IMG/VR virus record: IMGVR_UViG_3300032236_001259
Location: 6,940 to 70,939 of that record
DNA length: 64,000 bases
Source of the DNA: a virus
Strand: one strand, 5' to 3'
Part shown: one piece after another, positions 28,446 to 40,330 of the stretch
Position numbering within the stretch: the stretch's first letter is position 1
How the letters are laid out: every line of letters starts with the position of its first letter
Made by a program: the position numbers and the translations under genes
The notes under the pieces: model-generated
What the model was told of the DNA's origin: nothing
What the model saw: the letters and a program-made list of their open reading frames with translations, nothing else
Database searches by the model: none

Positions 28446-29446
28446 TGGCATTAAATGAAGATAACATAAGTTCTATCAGACATACTAAAAATCAAAATAT
28501 CAATGATATTACTAATGCTGCAACAGTTGGAGAATCTTTAAATAATAGCACTTCAAATAATGTTAATTATTCGAATTCAAATGTAGCAAAAGTAAATAGC
28601 ACAAGTAATCTAGTTACAGATTTGAATCAGAACGTAACTACTGCTGTATCTGATCCTTTTGGTTCTGCTATTAATTTAGCTATAAATAAGATTAATAAAT
28701 TAGTACCAATTATAGAAAGTAAGATTGATACTTTAGAACAGGATATAATAAAAAAATCAGATAGTAAAGGTAGAGTTACTATTCAGGGAAACACTATAGT
28801 TATTACTGTAACTAAAGAAGATCAGTCTCAAGCTATTGCTTTAGAATCTAAAATTAGTACATCTGTAAATTCTATCAAAAATACAATAGTAAACTTGAAG
28901 AATTTATTAACTGTGTTTTCTTCAATAAATACCGCAATAAGTATTTTTACTACAATAATATCATTTCAAGAAAGTGCTATTATGTTAAATCCGGTTACTG
29001 GGCCTACCTACAATATACTAAAAAAAGGTATAAAAATTATCTTTTTAAAAGAAATGGTAAGTGCTTATAGTGTGTTTTTGAAATCTCAAATTGAAGCGAA
29101 TCAGAAAATTTTAGATAATTTAATCAATAAATTTTCCAATTTAAACATAACTATTAAAATCTCAGATCAAGCCAATATTGGTAGCTATATAAATGAAAGT
29201 CAAGCTCAATCTTTACTAGCAGACGACCTATTAAATACCGGTACTGGACAGCAAAATATTAAAAATATAACTTCAGATTACAATAATTATGTATTAAAAG
29301 TAGAAAAATACGGATCAAAAGAGATAATAGGGCGCGCATATGATAGAAATACTGGATTAATCGCGGCGGAAACCGCTCCAAGTTTGGTATCAACCCCAGA
29401 TCAACTCATAAATGAGTTAAAAACTATTTTAAACATACGATCATAA
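28445..29446 (+). CDS. Virion-associated helical protein
   Basis: Located in the baseplate operon. Confidence 0.5.
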   Translation: MALNEDNISSIRHTKNQNINDITNAATVGESLNNSTSNNVNYSNSNVAKVNSTSNLVTDLNQNVTTAVSDPFGSAINLAINKINKLVPIIESKIDTLEQDIIKKSDSKGRVTIQGNTIVITVTKEDQSQAIALESKISTSVNSIKNTIVNLKNLLTVFSSINTAISIFTTIISFQESAIMLNPVTGPTYNILKKGIKIIFLKEMVSAYSVFLKSQIEANQKILDNLINKFSNLNITIKISDQANIGSYINESQAQSLLADDLLNTGTGQQNIKNITSDYNNYVLKVEKYGSKEIIGRAYDRNTGLIAAETAPSLVSTPDQLINELKTILNIRS

Positions 29447-29474
29447 ATTTTATAACCTAATATTTATATAAAAT

Positions 29475-29888
29475 ATGAAACAAGAAGAATTACTGCTTTT
29501 TAATGAGCTTATAAAGGAAACAGTAAGAGCAACTGTCAAAGAAATTATTAAAGAAGAACTTTCTGATAATTTAAGAAAGGATATAAGAGATGTTAAATTG
29601 CTTTTAGCAAAATCTATTAAAGAATCGGTTGCTTTAAGAGAAAGTGGAGGTAATAACTACCAACCGATAGACAGATCTGAATTAAAAAATAAGATTAGGG
29701 AAGCAGTAGCAGGAGACGAATTTAGAGATTTGATGACTACTAAAAAAAGATCACCTATTCCTATGATGTCTCAGGAAACCGCAGTAAATGTTTCATTGAA
29801 TGGCACATTACCTGATTTTGATGCTCCGATACCATTTATAAAAAAAGATAGCATAGCTTGGAAAGAGATGCAAGAAAAATTAATGTAA
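29475..29888 (+). CDS. Hypothetical late protein
   Basis: LIKETVRATVKE motif; late motif at 29460. Confidence 0.55.
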   Translation: MKQEELLLFNELIKETVRATVKEIIKEELSDNLRKDIRDVKLLLAKSIKESVALRESGGNNYQPIDRSELKNKIREAVAGDEFRDLMTTKKRSPIPMMSQETAVNVSLNGTLPDFDAPIPFIKKDSIAWKEMQEKLM

Positions 29889-29889
29889 A

Positions 29890-30288
29890 ATGGCTAGTAG
29901 AGTTCAATATAATATTAATACATTAGATCTGGGTAAAACTAAAGGCATGGGAATAAAATTGCCTTTTAACAGATATAATATATTTGATATTAACTATACT
30001 ACAACAGATCAAATAAAGAGCAATTTATTGAACTTTATGTTGACTAATAAGGGAGAAAGACTATTTAATCCAAATTTTGGAGCAGATATTAGGAATCTTT
30101 TATTTGAACCAAATACGGATTTAAGTGAGTTTCAGGCATCATTAATAACTAATATTTCTAATAATTTTCCATCAATAACAATAAATTCATTGAATATTAT
30201 CCCAGATATTGATAATAGTAATGTAAAATTTATTTTGAATTATAGTGTAAATAACCAACAAGATAGTTTAGTAATACAGATAACATAA
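29890..30288 (+). CDS. Baseplate wedge protein, gp25/GPW family
   Basis: IKSNLLNFMLTNKGERLFNPNFG...LLFEP. Confidence 0.9.
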   Translation: MASRVQYNINTLDLGKTKGMGIKLPFNRYNIFDINYTTTDQIKSNLLNFMLTNKGERLFNPNFGADIRNLLFEPNTDLSEFQASLITNISNNFPSITINSLNIIPDIDNSNVKFILNYSVNNQQDSLVIQIT

Positions 30289-32180
30289 TGAATCAAGTTG
30301 ATATAAAATATATAAATAAAGATTTTTCTAGTTTTAAAGAAGCTTTAATAAACTACGCTAAAAATTATTTCCCTAATACGTACAACGATTTTAGCGATAG
30401 TAACCCAGGTAATATGTTTATTGAAATGGCATCATATGTAGGTGATGTCTTGTCTTTTTATATCGATAAACAGACACAAGAAAATTTCCTATTATACGCT
30501 CAAGACAAACAGAATCTTATTTCTATGGCGTATGCATTGGGATATACTCCGAAAGTTACTTCTACAGCAATTGTATCATTAGATGTTTATCAACAGATTC
30601 CCGCTGCTATAAGCGGTGGAATTGCAACTCCAGATTTCAACTATGCATTGGTTATAGGGAAAGAGACTATGATAAAATCATTGACAAATTCTAATGTTGT
30701 ATTTGTAACAGAAGATATTGTTGATTTTAGTTTTTCATCTTCGGCTGACCCCACTACCGTTAGTGTATATCAAATTAATAACATAACAAATCAACCTGAC
30801 TATTATCTATTAAAAAAGAGCGTTCAAGCAATAGCTGGAACAATAAAGACTGCGACATTTACATTTGGGAATCCAATTAAATTTAATTCAGTAACATTAC
30901 CAGATACTAATGTTGTTGAAATTTTAAATATAACTGATAGTAATGGTGATAAATGGTATGAAGTACCTTATTTAGCGCAATCTACAGTATTTGAACAGGT
31001 TCAGAATAATGAATTAAATGATCCTTTTCTTTCTCAATATTCGGATAGTACGCCTTATTTACTTAAATTATTGAAGGTATCTAAGAGGTTTATCACTCGA
31101 TTTAACCCAGATAATACTTTATCAATAGAATTTGGTTCAGGAGTCGTATCAGGGCCGGATGAAGAAATAATCCCTAATTCGAATAATGTTGGTATGGGAA
31201 TAGCTAATTCCATTACAAAATTAACAACAGCATTCGATCCTTCTAACTTTTTATACACACAGGATTACGGTTTAGCACCATCTAATACTACATTAACTGT
31301 AAATTATTTAGTAGGAGGCGGTGTTCAAACAAATGTTCCTTCTAATACTATAAGTCAAATATATCAAATTACATCTACTCCAGTAACGTTAAATCCTACT
31401 GCTTTAAATCAAAATTTGATTAGTTATGTTCTAGGAACTGTTAGCTTTAATAATCCTCAACCTTCATCTGGAGGAGGAAGTGGAGATTCTGATGAAGATA
31501 TAAGATTAAAAACCATAGCTAATTTTCCTACTCAATTGCGTAATGTAACCAAAGAGGATTATATAATACGTGCTTTGAGCATGCCGGCAAAATTTGGAAC
31601 TATAGCTAAAGCCTATATTGTTCAAGATCTGGCTCTCAGTAATGCTCCAAATGATTTGCAGGATTATGTCAGCAATAATCCCTTTGCATTGAGTTTATAT
31701 ATTTTATCTTATGATGCTAATAAAAGACTAACAAATTCTTCTCTAGCAATTAAAGAAAATTTAAGAAATTATCTTTCTGAATATAGAATGATAACTGATG
31801 CTGTAAATATAAAAGACGCTTATTATATCAATATTGGTGTTAATTTTGATATAATAGTCCTCCCTTCGTATAATAGTAGAGAAGTATTAGCTTCAGCTCT
31901 TTCTGCAGTTCAAGATTACTTTAATATTGATAAATGGCAGATAAATCAACCTATTATTATATCAGATATTTATAACACGATATCACAAATTAAAGGTGTT
32001 CAAAGCGTAAAAACAATTAATATAATAAACAAATATGGTTCCGGAACTGATTATTCTATTTACGGATATGACATTCAAGGAGCCACGATGAATAATATAA
32101 TTTATCCAAGTTTAGATCCGTCTATATTTGAGGTTAGATACCCAAATACGGATATATACGGAAGAGTAGTTACTTATTAA
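30288..32180 (+). CDS. Baseplate wedge subunit, gp6/baseplate J-like
   Basis: KDFSSFK...DFSDSNPG..FIEMASYVGD..SFY; GG.GDSDEDIR; R.VTKEDY. Confidence 0.88.
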   Translation: MNQVDIKYINKDFSSFKEALINYAKNYFPNTYNDFSDSNPGNMFIEMASYVGDVLSFYIDKQTQENFLLYAQDKQNLISMAYALGYTPKVTSTAIVSLDVYQQIPAAISGGIATPDFNYALVIGKETMIKSLTNSNVVFVTEDIVDFSFSSSADPTTVSVYQINNITNQPDYYLLKKSVQAIAGTIKTATFTFGNPIKFNSVTLPDTNVVEILNITDSNGDKWYEVPYLAQSTVFEQVQNNELNDPFLSQYSDSTPYLLKLLKVSKRFITRFNPDNTLSIEFGSGVVSGPDEEIIPNSNNVGMGIANSITKLTTAFDPSNFLYTQDYGLAPSNTTLTVNYLVGGGVQTNVPSNTISQIYQITSTPVTLNPTALNQNLISYVLGTVSFNNPQPSSGGGSGDSDEDIRLKTIANFPTQLRNVTKEDYIIRALSMPAKFGTIAKAYIVQDLALSNAPNDLQDYVSNNPFALSLYILSYDANKRLTNSSLAIKENLRNYLSEYRMITDAVNIKDAYYINIGVNFDIIVLPSYNSREVLASALSAVQDYFNIDKWQINQPIIISDIYNTISQIKGVQSVKTINIINKYGSGTDYSIYGYDIQGATMNNIIYPSLDPSIFEVRYPNTDIYGRVVTY

Positions 32181-32190
32181 AATTAAAAAT

Positions 32191-32793
32191 ATGTTAAAAT
32201 TAGAATCTTTAAAAGGACATGTTCCTGATAGCGTTATCGCTCAAATTTCAGGAATTCAAGACAAATTTGAAATCAATTCACCTTTGCGTTTAGCTCATTT
32301 TTTAGCACAATGTGGACATGAATCTGGTAATTTTAAATTAGTAAATGAAAATTTAAATTACGGTGCAAAAGGGCTCCGCGGTATTTTTTCTAAATATTTC
32401 CCAGATGACGCAAAAGCTGCAGCATATGAGCGTAAACCTGAAAAAATTGCTAATTTAGTTTACGGAAATAGAATGGGAAATGGCCCAGAAGCAAGCGGTG
32501 ATGGTTGGAAATTCCACGGACGTGGCTTTATTCAGCTTACTGGACATGACAATTATAAAGCTTTTTCTGATTCAATCGGAGAAGATTGTGTTGCTAACCC
32601 AGATTTAGTTGCTACTAAATATCCATTGGCTTCGGCAGCATGGTTTTTCCATAAAAACGGTTTACATAAATTAGCTGATGGTGGTGCTACAGATGCTGTT
32701 GTAACTACTATTACTAAAAGAGTAAATGGCGGAACTATCGGATTGGAGCAAAGAATAAAAGAATTTAAAAATTTCAATAATTTATTATCTTAA
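32191..32793 (+). CDS. GH19 chitinase-like endolysin
   Basis: AHFLAQCGHES, ENLNY, GRGFIQLTG..NY, VNGG..GL..R. Confidence 0.92.
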   Translation: MLKLESLKGHVPDSVIAQISGIQDKFEINSPLRLAHFLAQCGHESGNFKLVNENLNYGAKGLRGIFSKYFPDDAKAAAYERKPEKIANLVYGNRMGNGPEASGDGWKFHGRGFIQLTGHDNYKAFSDSIGEDCVANPDLVATKYPLASAAWFFHKNGLHKLADGGATDAVVTTITKRVNGGTIGLEQRIKEFKNFNNLLS

Positions 32794-33506
32794 TGGATTA
32801 TCAAAAACAATATGATAATTTGATAAAATCTAGATTTATTTTAAAAGATCAAAGATATCAAGAAAAAAAAGAGGGTATATATTATGAGGGTCATCATATA
32901 TTACCTAAAGCAAAAGGAGGTGGTGGTACTAGCTCTAGAGGATTAAAACATCATAATATCGTTCTTTTAACAGCTCGCGAGCATTTTTTGGCTCACTGGT
33001 TATTATGGAGAATACATAGAGATAGATCGTCAGCTTTATCTTTTCATAAGATGTTGTCTACCAATAAAAATCAAAATCGTATAATTTCATCTAGAGGATA
33101 CGAGGAGGCTCGATTGGCTTTTTCTGAAACTAATAAAGGTAATCAGTATGGAAAAGGAAAAACTAGATTTGTTACCGAAGAAGAAAAACAACATCATTCT
33201 AATTTGATGAAAGGTCGTTATATCGGTGATAAAAATCCATTTTACGGTAAATTTCATACTTTGGAGACTAAAGAAAAGATTTCTATTTCCCGTAAAAATA
33301 TGAAAAATGAACAGATATCTACATATAAAGGAATAAGAGTTGTTATTAAAGATGGAATAATTATTGGTGAATTTAAAAATTCTAAAGAAGTAGCTGAATT
33401 TATTGGTTGTTCTATTCCAAATGTAAGACACGTATTAAGTGGCAGTCAAAAAACCGCTAAGGGGTATATAATTATGTATAAAAATAAAATAAATGGCTGT
33501 ATATAA
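32793..33506 (+). mobile_element. Free-standing HNH homing endonuclease with NUMOD3-like DNA-binding motif
   Basis: EGHHILPK..GG...NIVLLTAREHF.AH; NPFYGKFHTLETKEKIS. Confidence 0.85.
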
Positions 33507-34617
33507 AATATTTGCTGAAAAAGATACTACCCTATACTCAGATTATAATAGTTTAAATTCTGGGATGGATCCTATTTTAGAATTGTCTAAGAATGCAAGT
33601 TTATTGTATGCTACACAATCCTCAGCGGATAGGATACTTATAAAATTTTCAGACGCTGATATAAATTATACATTGAATAATTATATATCGAATAGATATT
33701 TTAATGCATCATTAAAATTATATTTAGCCAATGCCACAGGATTACCAACTGGTTATACAATAGAAGCAAAACCTATTTATGGACCATGGGATATGGGGAC
33801 GGGAAGATATGCTGACCGCCCCATAACAACAGATGGTGCTTCTTGGGTTTATAGAGGACCTTCTTCTACTTATTTTGAAAATATATCCTTTACAGGATCT
33901 TGGATAGTATCGGCATTTCCTGCAGGAGTTACAGCATCGTTTACATCGATTAATCCGGGTGGAGGGAATTGGTATACAGCCTCCGCTTCCACTCAGTCGT
34001 TTAATATTTATGCGAATAAAGATATAAACATAGATGTTAGTAATATCATTTATATGTATGTAAGCCAATCTATTCCAAATGATGGCATACTATTAAAAAC
34101 TGCTGATAATTTAGAATTTAACCCAGCATACAACTATACTTTAAATTATTTTTCAAGAGATACAAATACTATTTATGCTCCAGTATTGGAATTTAAATGG
34201 GATGATTCTTCTTTTAATCCTACGGGAAGTGCCATATCACCGGTTACGTCTCAAGATATAAGAGTATCTTTATCTAATAATAAGGGTGAATTTAATGAAA
34301 ATGAAATCTATAGGTTTAGATTGAATGTAAGAGATCAATTTCCTGTAAGATTTTTTAATACTTCTTCATTATATACCAATTCATTATATTTACCAAGTTC
34401 ATCTTATTATGCCATAAAAGATGTTAAATCGGATACAACAGTTGTTGATTTCGATTATAATTATACTAAGATAAGCGCGGATAATAAAGGTAATTATTTT
34501 GACATATATATGAACGGGTTAGAACCGGAAAGATATTATAAATTATTAATAAAAACAGTCATCAGCGGATCAACATTGGTTTTTGATAATGAATACTTTT
34601 TTAAAGTTTTAGAATAA
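33493..34617 (+). CDS. Virion structural protein (beta-sandwich)
   Basis: KDTTLYS...RILIKF...P.LEFKWDD; in the baseplate cluster. Confidence 0.6.
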   Translation: MAVYKIFAEKDTTLYSDYNSLNSGMDPILELSKNASLLYATQSSADRILIKFSDADINYTLNNYISNRYFNASLKLYLANATGLPTGYTIEAKPIYGPWDMGTGRYADRPITTDGASWVYRGPSSTYFENISFTGSWIVSAFPAGVTASFTSINPGGGNWYTASASTQSFNIYANKDINIDVSNIIYMYVSQSIPNDGILLKTADNLEFNPAYNYTLNYFSRDTNTIYAPVLEFKWDDSSFNPTGSAISPVTSQDIRVSLSNNKGEFNENEIYRFRLNVRDQFPVRFFNTSSLYTNSLYLPSSSYYAIKDVKSDTTVVDFDYNYTKISADNKGNYFDIYMNGLEPERYYKLLIKTVISGSTLVFDNEYFFKVLE

Positions 34618-34958
34618 TGGCTGAAATAGTTCAAATACAAAGAAAAATTTTTGGTAAGAATACATTTAAAAATGTTGTTGATATAAATTTTAATCAACTA
34701 ATACCAAAAGAATCTACTGCTGCGGTACAACCACCAGCTACAGTTGAAACATTTTTTCAAGATTACAATACATTATTTTATGATATTCCTGCTAGTGGTT
34801 CTAATAATTCACATTTAGAACTGATTAATAAAAGTAGTGATTATCTAGGAATAAGTTTTATAGATTTACAAAATGAAATAAATAATTTAAGATCAGAGAA
34901 TGTGGCTTTAAAAAATCAAATTTATACGTTGACAAACCCAAGTACAGGTAGTATATGA
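34617..34958 (+). CDS. Structural-cluster protein
   Basis: Coupled ORF with C-terminal coiled coil. Confidence 0.55.
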   Translation: MAEIVQIQRKIFGKNTFKNVVDINFNQLIPKESTAAVQPPATVETFFQDYNTLFYDIPASGSNNSHLELINKSSDYLGISFIDLQNEINNLRSENVALKNQIYTLTNPSTGSI

Positions 34959-37900
34959 TTCTTTCAGAAAATTTAATAAATACAAATTTAAGTAAATACG
35001 ATGTTCTAGACGAAGCTTTAATAGCTTCTAAAGAATTTGTAAGAATATTTGGATTACCTCAAGATTACGTAGAAGCCCATTTATATTCTAGTGATGGAAG
35101 ACTTCTAGATTCTAATTATAATTTTACAGGGTATACCATACCGGGGAATCTTAAAGGTGAGACAACTACTACCACAGAACAATTATCATTTACTCCGGGA
35201 AATTATATTGAAAGTTTGGGGTATATAGTTGGAACATATGATATCCAATTTAATATATTAAGAAAGCAGATTTTCAATACTAATCAGCCTATATTTTTTA
35301 TAAAAGAAATTTCTTCTGATAGGACTGAATTAGTTATTATTTCTAATGATATATCTAGCGCAGATGTTGAAAATGGCGTATTGAATTTCATAAATGAAAT
35401 GCAATCTTCTCCTTACTATAAGGATTTTTTATTGAATTTCGGAGATGATAAATTAGTTAATGCGGTTAATATTGCATTAGATAAAAATACAGATCCGTAT
35501 AATATTCTTGTAAAATTATATAATCCTCTTCCTTCTGAATTTAGTCTTAAATCAACATTATGGTTTGTTGAAGAGTTATCTACACCAATTGTTTTTCAGG
35601 TAGAGTTATTTCCAGCTATAAAAGAAAATCCAGTACCTAAATTAAGATCTGCTAATTTTGATATAAATGTTGATCAGAATTCTATAAAACCATCAAATTA
35701 TTATAATTCGGTACAATTATTATCTAATAATTCCTTGTCTTCATATAGAGAATTATTAAATTCTTTAAATAATCCAGGTATTCAAATCAATGTTGATTAC
35801 AGTGATTATTCTAATTTTATACATTTTTCTTCGGCAAAACAGAGATTAATAAATTTTTATTATAAAGTTAAAAAAATAGAAACGTATAATAGTGATATAG
35901 CTTCTATAAAGTCTATACCTAACTATAATGTATCTGTTAATACTAGTCAAAGTGCTTATAATTTAGAACAAAATATAAATAATATCATACAAAATTTCGA
36001 TGGTTATGAAAATTATTTGTATTTTAATTCAGGATCTAGCGCATGGCCAAAATCTAATTCTTTACCTCCTTATACTCTTTATAGTTCAACTTCTACACAA
36101 GTAATAAATTGGTTAGGATCAGATGATTACAATTCTAATAATTACGGTGGTCAATTATATTCTGCTTCTTTCTATGATAGACAGAATCCTGATAATTTAG
36201 TTTATACTGTACCTGAATTTATAATAGAGGACATTTCAAATGAACAATATGCATTGTTTTTAGAAATGATAGGACAGCATTTTGATAACATTTGGATTTA
36301 TATAAAGACTATAACTGATCAATATAATACGGCAAATAGTACATCTCAAGGTATATCTAAAGACCTGGTTTACTATGCTTTAAGATCATTGGGTATTAAG
36401 ATTTATAATTCTAAATCCGATGATAATATTTTTAAATATTTAATAGGATCCAGCGTTAGTGGAAGTTATATTCTTTCTGGTTCACAGTATGAAACATTAA
36501 TAAGTGCATCTGTTTTAGCTGTACCTGGGCAAGATATACAAAAAGAACAACTAAAAAGGATTTATCATAATTTGCCTTTATTGTTAAAATCAAAAGGTAC
36601 TGCTAATGGTATTAGGGCATTAATAAATACATTTGGTATTCCGTCATCTATTTTAGATATCAATGAATTTGGAGGATCTGATAAGACCAATAAAAACATT
36701 GAATATACCTATGATAGATTTTCATATGCATTATATAACTCTGGTTCAAATATATCAGTAGGATGGTATCCTCAATATGATTATACATCATCCTCTTATA
36801 CAACATATGCTCCAGACAGCATAGAATTAAGATTTAATCCCGATAAATCTACTTATTATACAACTCAATCTATTTTTGAATTATCTCCTAGTGGTTCTAC
36901 TAATAGAAACATGGGTGTATTAATAAAACCAGATACAACAAAAGGTTTTCCTTATAGTATAGTAACTACTTATTTATCAGGATCTGCTGGATTTGCAACA
37001 TCAAGTTTAAGTGCTCCTCTTTATTATACATCATCTACAGGAGAAATGTATTGGTGGAACATCATGGTATCCAGGAATTCTCATTATAATTTAAGTCAGA
37101 CTGGTTCAAATCAATCGTATATTACTTATGTTAAAAATAGAGTTGATACTAGAATAGGTCATCAATTGTCTTCTAGTATTAATATAATCGGATCTACCAG
37201 TTCTAGTTATAACTTAGCTTGGAATAGTTTTAGTCAGTCATTATATGTTGGGGGTTCAGGTAAATCTAATTTAGGGGATTTTAAATCCAATTACAGTTTC
37301 CAAGGTAAACTTCAAGAATTTAGATTATGGTATAGCCCATTAAGTGAATCTGCTTTTAATTATCATACTTTAAATCCTATATCTATAGAAGGAAATACAC
37401 CGAGTGTAAACTATTCTTATCTTGATTATAGGTTCCCATTAGGTAATGATTTATATACTTATAATCATTATTCAAACGCTACTGTAAATTCTTATGATGA
37501 TAATTATAAATTAAGATTAAATTCAAATGGAATAGCCATACATACTGCTAGTTTCAGCGGATTTCCGAATAAAAACAACTATGTTTATAATGAAGAAGAA
37601 TATGTAACTGATTCTCCTAATTCGGTATATTCTAATAATGTCAATCAAAAGGTTAGAATTATCAGTAATTTTATAACTGGTAGCGCATTATCTCCTTTTA
37701 TCAGATTAGAAGATGATAGTAAAAATGATCTTACAAAAGATTTACATTATGCGGATGTTTCTTTTTCTCCTCAAAATCAAATTAATAATGATATTATTGC
37801 TGAATACGGAGGAACTGTAGATATTGATAATTTAATAGGAGATCCTAGAGATAGCTATAAATCATCATACCCTACTTTAATATCTCAAAATCAACAATAT

Positions 37901-40288
37901 TATTCTAAATTTCTTAATAGATATAATTTAAAAGATTTTATAAAATTAATCCAATATTTTGATAATTCTTTATTTAAGATGGTATCAGATTTTGTTCCAG
38001 CGAGAACAAATCTACAAACTGGATTAACCATAAAATCTCCGATCTTAGAAAGACCGAAAGCAAAAATCGGTTATGTTGAACCAACTATTAATTATAACTA
38101 TTTTAGTAGTGAAATACCTATTCATAACGTAGCTTCAGGTGATAGTAATTATACAAGTAGCTATAGTGATGGTAGAGATTTTTATAATGGTGAACTTAGT
38201 GGTTCTCTTATAAATATTCATAATGAAATTCTATATAAAAATTACAATAAATACTTATATTTTACCTCTAGTTTAAATACTAATTTATTTGAACATTCTG
38301 ATTTTAACGTAACATTGAATAATGTATCAGCGAGCGCTGTTTCTAAAATATTTAAAGCTATCAATATATATCAACCTGGAGTTTTAGAAGATGTTGAAAT
38401 ACAAGATTCTTTATATTCGGATCCTATATTTACTAGACCTAGATATACCGGTGTTAAATCTACAAGCAAATCGTATAATATTTACACACCAGGTGATAGC
38501 TCATATGGACAAAATGCTGCGATAGATTATAACACTACTCAATTTGCATGGATTAATCAGGTAGCAGATCATAATTTAGATTTTTATGATAAAACAAAAG
38601 TAAATATTAAATTTTTAATTGATGCTTCTGGTTCTACAAGAGAATTATCAAGGAAAAATGATAATCTTTTTGCTGTTCAAAATATATTTAAAAACGGAGA
38701 TTCGGGTAGCATTTCATTATTAGATCCTTATAATCCATCAAATCAGATATCATTAGAAGGAGAAAAAATAATTTGGCAAAGTGGTATAAACTATTCACCT
38801 TTATTATTCAGGGAATCTAATGAACCTCTTTATTATAATTACACATCATCTATAATTACTCCAGCTTATCCAACTTTAACTGCTACGCAGACAAGTGATT
38901 GGGAATACTCGACTATTATATATTCAGATGGAAATCCAGGACAATATAATAGACAAATAGATCTTGATATCGGATTAACACCTAAAGGATACAATTTAAC
39001 ATATGGGATAAATCAATTATCATCTGGTCAATTCGCATTGACTCATCTGTCTCCTTTTAGTAGCTGGCAGTATGCTTCACCTTCACAAGTTGGAGCAATA
39101 AATAATGGTTCTACTGTTAGTTCGACACATGGTGATAGTCTTACTGAAGTAATAAATTTATCTGATACTAATCAATTTGTTTATAAAGTTAATCCAAGTT
39201 ATCTGAATTTTTCAGATTCCATAATTACGGATGATACAATTAGTAAATATACACAAGTTTCAGATGGTTCCTGGGCTTATATTGTTCCGAGAAATTCTTC
39301 GCATTATAACATTGATATAAATATACCGTTTAATATAAGCATTGATGAATCACGTGCCGACGGTGCAACTGTTATTCAAGCGATAGCAGTATTAGAAAAA
39401 AGTACGGATACTGGAAATACCTGGAGTTATCTTGAACAATCTACTTTTTCACATGTTGAAAAAGGATCTTTAGGACAACAAGGGTGGGATCCTCATGTTA
39501 GTATGATATTTTTAGATGGCAATTCTTTTAATGGTGGAAATGACTCTCCTTTAAGGGTATATTGTACAATATCTCTAAGCGATCAAACTTTTAATGCAGG
39601 TGATTGTATAAGGGTTAGTTTCTTCATAATAAGAAGAAGGAATTTTTTACCTACAGATTATGTTAATACTGCTAGAATATCTTTTAAAAATAGATTTTCA
39701 TATCCTCCTACAGAAAATATATTATCTGGTACTTTTAGTATTACTGATAATAATCCAAGCGATGTTGTTTATAATGTAAATACTGGTTCCGTTTATACAG
39801 ACTCGTCAGTATTTACTGTTACAGGAACTAATAATAATATTTTACAATTAACAAGTAATGCCACAACAATTCTTTGGAATAAAGTTGTATTTGTACCAAA
39901 AGAACCGCAAAGTGAATTATATTCATCTGTTAAATATCCTTTTTATGTTCATCCTGGAGACATTATAAGACTGGAAAATTATTATACTTATAATCCTACT
40001 ATTTATAACGTATTATCAGTTAATAATGTAGCGGGTTTAATTCAAATAGAATTAGATAAATCCATACCTACGAATATAATAAATTTGGGAGTATCGTCTA
40101 GATTTGCTATTTTTAGAAAAGAAAACGATGAAACAAATATTTATTTTTCTTTTATTAAAATTAATGGGTCTACTTCTTCCGGTATTATCATACCATGGAA
40201 TTTGGATAAAGACATAAAAAATAATGTATCAAACATAATAGGACCGTTGAAACCTAAACTTCTTTCAACTGTTCTTACAATAACATAA
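34955..40288 (+). CDS. Large baseplate/tail protein with LamG-like segment
   Basis: 1777 aa; KSKGT..GIRALIN.FG; FQGKLQEFRLWYSPLS. Confidence 0.7.
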   Translation: MILSENLINTNLSKYDVLDEALIASKEFVRIFGLPQDYVEAHLYSSDGRLLDSNYNFTGYTIPGNLKGETTTTTEQLSFTPGNYIESLGYIVGTYDIQFNILRKQIFNTNQPIFFIKEISSDRTELVIISNDISSADVENGVLNFINEMQSSPYYKDFLLNFGDDKLVNAVNIALDKNTDPYNILVKLYNPLPSEFSLKSTLWFVEELSTPIVFQVELFPAIKENPVPKLRSANFDINVDQNSIKPSNYYNSVQLLSNNSLSSYRELLNSLNNPGIQINVDYSDYSNFIHFSSAKQRLINFYYKVKKIETYNSDIASIKSIPNYNVSVNTSQSAYNLEQNINNIIQNFDGYENYLYFNSGSSAWPKSNSLPPYTLYSSTSTQVINWLGSDDYNSNNYGGQLYSASFYDRQNPDNLVYTVPEFIIEDISNEQYALFLEMIGQHFDNIWIYIKTITDQYNTANSTSQGISKDLVYYALRSLGIKIYNSKSDDNIFKYLIGSSVSGSYILSGSQYETLISASVLAVPGQDIQKEQLKRIYHNLPLLLKSKGTANGIRALINTFGIPSSILDINEFGGSDKTNKNIEYTYDRFSYALYNSGSNISVGWYPQYDYTSSSYTTYAPDSIELRFNPDKSTYYTTQSIFELSPSGSTNRNMGVLIKPDTTKGFPYSIVTTYLSGSAGFATSSLSAPLYYTSSTGEMYWWNIMVSRNSHYNLSQTGSNQSYITYVKNRVDTRIGHQLSSSINIIGSTSSSYNLAWNSFSQSLYVGGSGKSNLGDFKSNYSFQGKLQEFRLWYSPLSESAFNYHTLNPISIEGNTPSVNYSYLDYRFPLGNDLYTYNHYSNATVNSYDDNYKLRLNSNGIAIHTASFSGFPNKNNYVYNEEEYVTDSPNSVYSNNVNQKVRIISNFITGSALSPFIRLEDDSKNDLTKDLHYADVSFSPQNQINNDIIAEYGGTVDIDNLIGDPRDSYKSSYPTLISQNQQYYSKFLNRYNLKDFIKLIQYFDNSLFKMVSDFVPARTNLQTGLTIKSPILERPKAKIGYVEPTINYNYFSSEIPIHNVASGDSNYTSSYSDGRDFYNGELSGSLINIHNEILYKNYNKYLYFTSSLNTNLFEHSDFNVTLNNVSASAVSKIFKAINIYQPGVLEDVEIQDSLYSDPIFTRPRYTGVKSTSKSYNIYTPGDSSYGQNAAIDYNTTQFAWINQVADHNLDFYDKTKVNIKFLIDASGSTRELSRKNDNLFAVQNIFKNGDSGSISLLDPYNPSNQISLEGEKIIWQSGINYSPLLFRESNEPLYYNYTSSIITPAYPTLTATQTSDWEYSTIIYSDGNPGQYNRQIDLDIGLTPKGYNLTYGINQLSSGQFALTHLSPFSSWQYASPSQVGAINNGSTVSSTHGDSLTEVINLSDTNQFVYKVNPSYLNFSDSIITDDTISKYTQVSDGSWAYIVPRNSSHYNIDINIPFNISIDESRADGATVIQAIAVLEKSTDTGNTWSYLEQSTFSHVEKGSLGQQGWDPHVSMIFLDGNSFNGGNDSPLRVYCTISLSDQTFNAGDCIRVSFFIIRRRNFLPTDYVNTARISFKNRFSYPPTENILSGTFSITDNNPSDVVYNVNTGSVYTDSSVFTVTGTNNNILQLTSNATTILWNKVVFVPKEPQSELYSSVKYPFYVHPGDIIRLENYYTYNPTIYNVLSVNNVAGLIQIELDKSIPTNIINLGVSSRFAIFRKENDETNIYFSFIKINGSTSSGIIIPWNLDKDIKNNVSNIIGPLKPKLLSTVLTIT

Positions 40289-40330
40289 AAAGTTAAAAAT
40301 TTAATATTTATATATACAAAATAGTAAAAA